Assembly: GCA_965207305.1 (NCBI GenBank)
Contig: CBDBMB010000002.1
Span: 193,777 to 257,776, forward strand
DNA: 64,000 nucleotides
Source: Dehalococcoidia bacterium
Lineage (GTDB): Bacteria > Chloroflexota > Dehalococcoidia > Lucifugimonadales > JAGWBF01
Direction: 5' to 3'
The position numbers were made by a program, and so were the translations under genes. Numbering within the stretch: the first letter of the stretch is position 1; every line of letters starts with the position of its first letter. The notes beneath the pieces were generated by a model. That model worked only from the letters and a program-made list of their open reading frames with translations, did not search any database and was not told the origin of the DNA. Shown piece after piece: positions 56,256 to 64,000 of the stretch.

Positions 56256-57203
56256 CTACTTGAACATCTCCCCCACCGACTGCCCCTCGTGGATGCGCCG
56301 GATGGCCTCGCCCAGCAACGGTGCTATGGACAGGACGTTTATCTTGCCGTTCCGCTTGTCTTCGGGCACGGGGATGGTGTCGGTGACCACCAGCTCCGTC
56401 AGCGGACTCTCCGCCACCCGGGAGGGGGCCTGGTTGGAGAGGATGGGATGCGTGACGCAGGCGTAGACCTCCCGGACGCCTCGCTCCGCCAGGGCCTCTG
56501 CGGCCGAGGTCAGCGAGCCGCCGGTGCTCACCTCGTCGTCGAAGGTGAGGGCCGTCATCCCCTCCACGTCTCCGATGACGTTCAGGCTCTCGGCATGGTC
56601 GTCGTTGCCGACGCGCCGCTTCTCGATGATGGCGAGGGGGCACTGCAGCAGCTCGGCCATGTCCCTGGCCCGCTTGGTTATGCCGGTGTCGACGGCCACC
56701 ACCACCGGGTTGTCCAGGCCCTTGTCCTGGAAGTAGCGGCCCAGGGTCGTCAGGGCCGTCAGCTCGTCCACGGGTATGTTGAAGAACCCCTGGATCTGCC
56801 CGGCGTGCAGGTCGATGGTCAGCAGCCGGTCGGCCCCCGCCGCCGTCAGCAGGTCGGCCACCAGCCGGGCGGTGATGGGCACCCTGGGCTGGTCCTTCTT
56901 GTCCGTCCTGCCGTAGCCGTAGTAGGGCACCACCGCCGTGATCCTGCCAGCGGAGGCCCGCTTGGCGGCGTCTATGAGTATCAGGAGCTCCATGAGGTTG
57001 TCGTTTACCGGGGTGCAGGTGGACTGGATGATGAACACGTCCCGTTGGCGGATGTTCTCCAGTATGCGGACGAAGGTGTTGTCGTTGCTGAACTTGAACA
57101 CGTCGGCCTTGCCGATGGGTATGTTCAGGTAGTCGCAGACGGACTGGGCAAGCTCGGGATTGGCGTTGCCGCAGAACACTTTCAGCTCGTCGAATGCGCC
57201 CAT
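56256..57203 (-). CDS. prs: Ribose-phosphate pyrophosphokinase
   Basis: Motifs seen are LKVFCGNANPELAQSVCDYLNIPIG...KFSNDNTFVRI, YYGYGRTDKKD and DLHAGQIQGFF. Start at ATG 57203. Confidence 0.9.
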   Translation of the reverse strand: MGAFDELKVFCGNANPELAQSVCDYLNIPIGKADVFKFSNDNTFVRILENIRQRDVFIIQSTCTPVNDNLMELLILIDAAKRASAGRITAVVPYYGYGRTDKKDQPRVPITARLVADLLTAAGADRLLTIDLHAGQIQGFFNIPVDELTALTTLGRYFQDKGLDNPVVVAVDTGITKRARDMAELLQCPLAIIEKRRVGNDDHAESLNVIGDVEGMTALTFDDEVSTGGSLTSAAEALAERGVREVYACVTHPILSNQAPSRVAESPLTELVVTDTIPVPEDKRNGKINVLSIAPLLGEAIRRIHEGQSVGEMFK

Positions 57204-57462
57204 GTCGTCACCTATCACCTGGTGTTGCCTCTCCTCTCCGGCTTCAGAGCGAGCCCGGCTTGGCGCACGTTCGGGCCTCGGCGTCCTTGTCCCGACGCGA
57301 GGCGGGGGTACACCAGGATTATAGCATAGGGCTTTCTTTCTTCCCAAGGTTGGGCATTCTTTGATATACTCCCCCAGGGTTGCCGGGCGGGTGCGCGCCT
57401 GCCGGCGACCCCAGGCTTTGTCGCCCCGGGCCTTGCCGCCCAGGGGCTTTGTCGGAGGAGAG

Positions 57463-58746
<1,284 letters not shown>

Positions 58747-59134
58747 GGCGGGTCGTCCATCCCACTTCGGCCACCACCATCCCAGCGCGCGCTGGAATAG
58801 ACGCCCGCGATATCACCATTGACGCTCTCATGGAGTAGCCCACGGTCCTCCCGGTGCCATACCTGCCAAGGTTGACGGTCGGGGCCCCGCTGACCGTATC
58901 GGTCCATTGGGTCTTTGATATGTAGTCAACGTGGCGGACCGCTCTGGCGTTGCCTACTGAATGGTTCCCCACGCTGCTGATCGCACGACCATCCGTTCCT
59001 TAGGTCAAGGTCATCGGCGGCATGATGTGAGTCGGGTTCTCGTGTGCCTCGCTGCAGGTTGCATGCTAAAGGACCACGGCCACGGCTGCCAAATCCACAG
59101 GCAGTAGGAGGGGCCTTCTCGCGGTGGTCAATTC

Positions 59135-60250
59135 CTACCCTTGCAACTCCTTCAAACTTCGTCCCTCCGCGTCTTTCCACGCCCTGGGCCCGCTCCAAGG
59201 GGCCCCCATCACAAATACGGCTGCCCCAGATGAAGAGCCAAACCGATGATCCTGGGTCAGGCGGTACAGATCTGGCCCATCATCGACCAATTGCCCATTC
59301 TTCAACATGGACTCCCTCAAGTCGCTGTAGGTTCTAGCCAGATTCGGTCCCGTCTGCTTCCGTAGCGTGGAGCCAGCCAACAAGATGAAGGCATCGGCCT
59401 CTTGGCGTCCCATGGCATTGATCCCGGAGCGCGTTTTGCAAAACACATCCAGCGGGAGTTCCGTAGCGGAGCCTCGCACCGGGGCAGGTTGCGGTTTTTG
59501 GGGCGCATCCACGGGCCCACCGATCTGTTCGTTGCTCCGCTCTAGGGCCGACTTCAACCGGGCGTCCAGCAGGTCTTTCACGAAGTTAGAGAATGCCGAC
59601 TGCACCAGGGGGGTAAACTGTTCGATGCGCTGCTTGGTCTTAAACCCCGGATACTCGATCCGGTCTAGGATGAAGCGGACGAACGGCTCACACGGGCCCT
59701 TCATTTCCTCAGATAGTACCCGTTTAACCTCGTTCGTGTACTTGAGCTCTCGGGCGGCTTCGATGGTCTCCGCCAGGTTGAAATTGTCCTTGTGGAACTG
59801 TTTCAGTTGGTCAACTTGGCTGTCGGTGAAGTCCAGCATGTTGAACTCGAAGAACGGCTTCGAGTCCATCTTCTTCTGTTCGTCGAGGTCGGAGTAGAAC
59901 TTGTAAATGATGCCGTCGGTCAGAATTCCGAACCGCGTGTCCGTGGCCGCGAAGTAGCGGAATAGTTGTGATTCTTGCTCCACTCTCAGGGGGGCACCGT
60001 ACTTCTTGGCCTCAATGAGGAGTATTGGGAGGTCATCTTGCATGATGGCGTAGTCGACCTTTTCGCCCTTCTTGGCTCCGAAGTCGGCTGTGAACTCGGG
60101 CAGGACCTCACTCGGGTCGAAGACGTTGTAGCCGAGCATCTGAATGAATGGCATAACAAGGCCAGTCTTGGTGGCCTCTTCCGTGTTCAGGCGATCCAAC
60201 CGTTGGGAAAAGCGGCTGGAGCGGGTTCGCACTTCGTCGATGAAGTCCAT
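59135..60250 (-). CDS. Restriction-endonuclease-like protein: HsdR_N-type PD-(D/E)xK nuclease domain fused to a DUF4357-like C-terminal domain
   Basis: The N-terminus EEATKTGLVMPFIQMLGYNVFDPSEV.PEF....G...KVDYAIMQDD.PILLIEAKK resembles type I restriction HsdR N-terminal domains. The C-terminus is F.LLAGST.....GPNL...Y..LR..ML..G.L.....LYRLTQD..F.SSSGAA.FV.G...SG...WK. The gene is markedly lower in GC than its neighbours. Confidence 0.65.
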   Translation of the reverse strand: MDFIDEVRTRSSRFSQRLDRLNTEEATKTGLVMPFIQMLGYNVFDPSEVLPEFTADFGAKKGEKVDYAIMQDDLPILLIEAKKYGAPLRVEQESQLFRYFAATDTRFGILTDGIIYKFYSDLDEQKKMDSKPFFEFNMLDFTDSQVDQLKQFHKDNFNLAETIEAARELKYTNEVKRVLSEEMKGPCEPFVRFILDRIEYPGFKTKQRIEQFTPLVQSAFSNFVKDLLDARLKSALERSNEQIGGPVDAPQKPQPAPVRGSATELPLDVFCKTRSGINAMGRQEADAFILLAGSTLRKQTGPNLARTYSDLRESMLKNGQLVDDGPDLYRLTQDHRFGSSSGAAVFVMGAPWSGPRAWKDAEGRSLKELQG

Positions 60251-60362
60251 CCGTACTCCTTCTACTCCCTGGCGAAGTAAATCTGGCAGCTAGCCTCCAA
60301 CTTCACGTGGATGATGTGCTTCCCCGGAGTAGGTGGCTGGCGAGAATCCCCGTGCCCCCGCG

Positions 60363-61259
60363 TCAGCCGTGTACCGGCAGGTCCATCTCGTAGCGGTCGA
60401 GGACTGCGTCTATGGCTGCCGCGGCCTTCTCGTCGGCGGGCACCAGGGGAAGGCGGGGGTTGCCCACGTCGAAGCCGATCCGGTTCAGGGAGTGCTTGAC
60501 CGGGATGGGGTTGGAGACTACGAACAGGACTTTGAAGAGCTCCAGGAGGCGGCGGTGCTCGGACCCCGCCTGCTCCACGTCGCCCTCCAGCAGCAGGCCC
60601 ATCATGTGCTTGATCTGGTCGCCCACCAGGTGGGAGGCCACGCTGACTATGCCGTAGCCGCCCATGGCCATTATGTAGAAGGTCTCGTTGTCGTTGCCGC
60701 TCCAGACCCTGAAATCGCCCCGGGCCCCGGAGATGATGCGGGCGATCTGGTCCATGTCGCTGCCCGCCTCCTTGACTCCCACGATGTTGTCGACGCCGCT
60801 GAGGCGTATGGTGGTGTCGTGGGTCATGTTGAGGCTGGTGCGGCTGGTGACGTTGTACAGGATGCAAGGGATGTGCACGCTGGAGGCCACGGCCTTGAAG
60901 TGCTGGTACAGCCCCTCCTGGGGCGGCTTGTTGTAGTAGGGCACCACCAGCAGCAGGCCGTCGACCCCCGAGGCCTCGGCCTCCTTGCTCAGCTCGATGC
61001 TCTCGGCGGTGCTGTAGTTGCCGGTGCCCGCGATGACCGCGCCCCGGTCTCCGATGGAGGACTTGATCTCCGAGAAGAGCCTCAGCTTCTCCTCGGTGGA
61101 CAGGGTGGGCGACTCGCCGGTGGTGCCCGACACGATCATGCCGTCGCTGCCCGAGTCCAGGAGAGCGTGGGCCAAGCGCTTGGCCTGGTCGTAGTCCACC
61201 TTCCCCTCCTGGTCGAAGGGTGTGACCATCGCCGTAAGCAACCTGCCTATCTCCGTCAT
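60363..61259 (-). CDS. dapA: 4-hydroxy-tetrahydrodipicolinate synthase
   Basis: Motifs seen are TAMVTPFD..G.VDY........LL.SG.DG..VSGTTGESPTLS.EEK, VPYYNKP and GVKEA. Start at ATG 61259. Confidence 0.9.
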   Translation of the reverse strand: MTEIGRLLTAMVTPFDQEGKVDYDQAKRLAHALLDSGSDGMIVSGTTGESPTLSTEEKLRLFSEIKSSIGDRGAVIAGTGNYSTAESIELSKEAEASGVDGLLLVVPYYNKPPQEGLYQHFKAVASSVHIPCILYNVTSRTSLNMTHDTTIRLSGVDNIVGVKEAGSDMDQIARIISGARGDFRVWSGNDNETFYIMAMGGYGIVSVASHLVGDQIKHMMGLLLEGDVEQAGSEHRRLLELFKVLFVVSNPIPVKHSLNRIGFDVGNPRLPLVPADEKAAAAIDAVLDRYEMDLPVHG

Positions 61260-61322
61260 AGCGGCCCTCCTCGGTGTTTCTTGTCCTGGGCTGTCCCCCA
61301 CAGGAATCTCTATCCGGGTTGG

Positions 61323-61577
61323 TTAGACGCCGCACCTCTCGAAAGCACGGGGCGAACGCACGTTCACCACCGGAGGCTCTCTCTCCGCACGGGTCATCAC
61401 GATGGCGCGGTAGCCGTACGTCCTATAGATTCGTTGTGACAGGGTCCCGAATTCATAGTCCGAGTCTACAACCGTCCCATCCACTATGGCCACAAACTTT
61501 CCGTCATAGTCCTTCGAGAGCCGGTCGCGGTTTGCCTCGTAGTAGGCCCAGTCTTCTAGGAAGGTCGAGTTACCCAC
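61323..61577 (-). CDS. Small DUF5678-like protein inserted between asd and dapA
   Basis: The sequence is FLEDWAYYEANRDRLSKDYDGKFVAIVDGTVVDSDYEFGTL... The pattern resembles DUF5678 as I recall it. It is lower in GC than its flanks, and its ATG lies 1 nt after the asd stop. Confidence 0.5.
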   Translation of the reverse strand: MGNSTFLEDWAYYEANRDRLSKDYDGKFVAIVDGTVVDSDYEFGTLSQRIYRTYGYRAIVMTRAEREPPVVNVRSPRAFERCGV

Positions 61578-61578
61578 T

Positions 61579-62643
<1,065 letters not shown>

Positions 62644-62661
62644 CCTGTTGCTTCCCCGTAT

Positions 62662-63444
62662 CTATAAGCCGAGTATCTTGTCCAGGCCGACGACCAGTCC
62701 CTTCACGTTCACGACCTCGCGGACGGCCCGCATGACGCCGGGCATGTAGCAGTCCCGGCCCAGGGCGTCGTGGCGCAGGGTGACCGTCTGCCCCGCTGTG
62801 CCAAGGACGACCTCGTGGTGGGCGCTGCGCCCGGCCATGCGTATGCTATGGAGCCCGACGCCGTCCATCTCGCCGCCCCTGGTGCCGGCCAGCGTCTGCT
62901 TCTCGGTCTGGTTCCGCTTGTATTGCCCGGCCCCGGCCACCGCCCTTGCGATGGCCATGGCCGTGCCCGAAGGGGCGTCTATCTTGTTCTCGTGGTGGCT
63001 CTCCACGATGTCCACGTAGTCGAAGAAGGGCGCGGCCTGCTTCGCTAGGTGTAGCAGCAGCACCGCCCCCAGGGCGAAGTTGGGGGCGGAGATGATGCCA
63101 ACCGAGTACTCCCGGGAGATGCGGTCCATCTCCCGGAGCTGGTCTTCGGACAGGCCGGTGGTCCCGGAGACCACTGCCACCCCCGACGCGGCGGCCACGC
63201 CCGCGGCGGCCGTCGCCACGCCGGCCGTGGTGAAGTCCACCAGCACCTGGGGCCTGGTGGCGTCGAGTATCTCATGGAGGTCCACCGAGATGGGGATGCT
63301 GCCCGAGCCGTCTGGCAGATCCAGCCTTTCGCCGTGGTCCCGTCCCGAGACGGCCCCCACGGGCTCCATGTCGGGTTCCCGGCAGAGGGTGGCCACGACC
63401 TCTCTTCCCATCCTGCCCGTGGCGCCGTTTACGGCCACCCTCAT
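62662..63444 (-). CDS. dapB: 4-hydroxy-tetrahydrodipicolinate reductase
   Basis: Motifs seen are MRVAVNGATGRMGREV, DFT, ESHHENKIDAPSGTA and HSIR.....A.HEV.LG. Start at ATG 63444. Confidence 0.9.
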   Translation of the reverse strand: MRVAVNGATGRMGREVVATLCREPDMEPVGAVSGRDHGERLDLPDGSGSIPISVDLHEILDATRPQVLVDFTTAGVATAAAGVAAASGVAVVSGTTGLSEDQLREMDRISREYSVGIISAPNFALGAVLLLHLAKQAAPFFDYVDIVESHHENKIDAPSGTAMAIARAVAGAGQYKRNQTEKQTLAGTRGGEMDGVGLHSIRMAGRSAHHEVVLGTAGQTVTLRHDALGRDCYMPGVMRAVREVVNVKGLVVGLDKILGL

Positions 63445-63578
63445 GGGAGCCACTTCGTCCTCCGCGCCGGTGGTGTTGGACCCGTCTTCAAGGGATGGTC
63501 TCACCGGGGTTTTCGGAGATGATAATATTCCCCGGCGACCGGGTCAATACGCGGCGACGCCGGGGTGGGTTACGGATA

Positions 63579-64000
63579 TCAGCGGCCGGGGCCGCGGAAC
63601 CCGGGCCTGGAGGGCGGCCTTCGTCCTCCTCCCCCTGGTCCGGAACGCGGCGGGCCTCCGCGTCCGCGCCCCATGGGCGGCCGTCCGTCCCGGCCCCCCG
63701 GCCTGGGACCCCGGCCTCCCATGGGGGCCATGCCCGGGCGGGGTCCCGGACGGGGAGCCGCAGCTCTGTCGCCGGGCTCCGAGGAATCGGAGTCGCCGAA
63801 CAGGGCGCGGCGGGAGAGGTTGATCCTGCCCAGGTGGTCGATCTCCTGGACGATCACCGTGATCTCCCTGCCGATGTCCAGGTCCTCCTGGGCGTCTCCC
63901 AGCTCCTCCATGCGCACCAGGCCGTCCTTGCCCGGGGTCAGCTCTACGAAGGCGCCGAAGCTGGTGAGCCGGACGACCTTGCCGGTGAAGATGTCCCCCA
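63579..64000 (-). CDS. pnp: C-terminal end of an S1-domain protein with an Arg/Gly/Pro-rich tail, probably polynucleotide phosphorylase (partial; continues beyond the window)
   Basis: The in-frame sequence GDIFTGKVVRLTSFGAFVELTPGKDGLVRMEELG......IGREITVIVQEIDHLGRINLSRR is an S1 domain of the PNPase type. Only about 140 aa are visible. Confidence 0.6.
   Translation of the reverse strand, partial: GDIFTGKVVRLTSFGAFVELTPGKDGLVRMEELGDAQEDLDIGREITVIVQEIDHLGRINLSRRALFGDSDSSEPGDRAAAPRPGPRPGMAPMGGRGPRPGGRDGRPPMGRGRGGPPRSGPGGGGRRPPSRPGFRGPGR

Overview
High-GC window (about two-thirds G+C by eye), densely coded, with gene content and order that look Chloroflexota-like (SAR202/Dehalococcoidia-type). 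The taxon is inference only. Most of the window is core housekeeping: glmU, tgt, cysS, ispDF, valS, secA, prs, purA, polX, and a dapB-asd-dapA block next to a partial pnp. There is also an HspR-controlled heat-shock locus (hsp20 divergent from a dnaJ-like gene, hspR and a clpC-like gene) and one tRNA-Pro(UGG). Between these lie catabolic genes: a TPP enzyme, an FAD oxidase, acetamidase/RidA, a CoA-transferase, a hydantoinase and amidohydrolases. Several short lower-GC patches look accessory.

The most notable items are:
1. A tightly coupled minus-strand operon (35192..39962). It encodes a small Cys-tailed protein, three tandem CitE/HpcH-like lyase paralogs, a UGSC-motif selenoprotein (in-frame TGA at 36508..36510 followed by an fdhF-like SECIS hairpin) and an unassignable 354-aa partner.
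2. An ORF-less group II intron on the minus strand upstream of the PIN/TRAM-ispDF-cysS operon. Domain V is textbook (20650..20683).
3. A MoaD-like sulfur carrier ending GG-Cys directly downstream of a zinc-ribbon ThrC-type enzyme, a possible MetO/MetM-like pair.
4. A Wzy_C/O-antigen-ligase plus TPR gene split across two frames.
5. Decayed toxin-antitoxin modules, including hicA with a nonsense TGA at codon 9.
6. A consensus sigma70 promoter overlapped by a HAIR-like HspR operator.

No CRISPR array, rRNA gene, transposase or integrase was seen. ORF-track coordinates include the stop codon. Many long ORFs in the track are antisense shadow ORFs typical of high-GC DNA and are not called.
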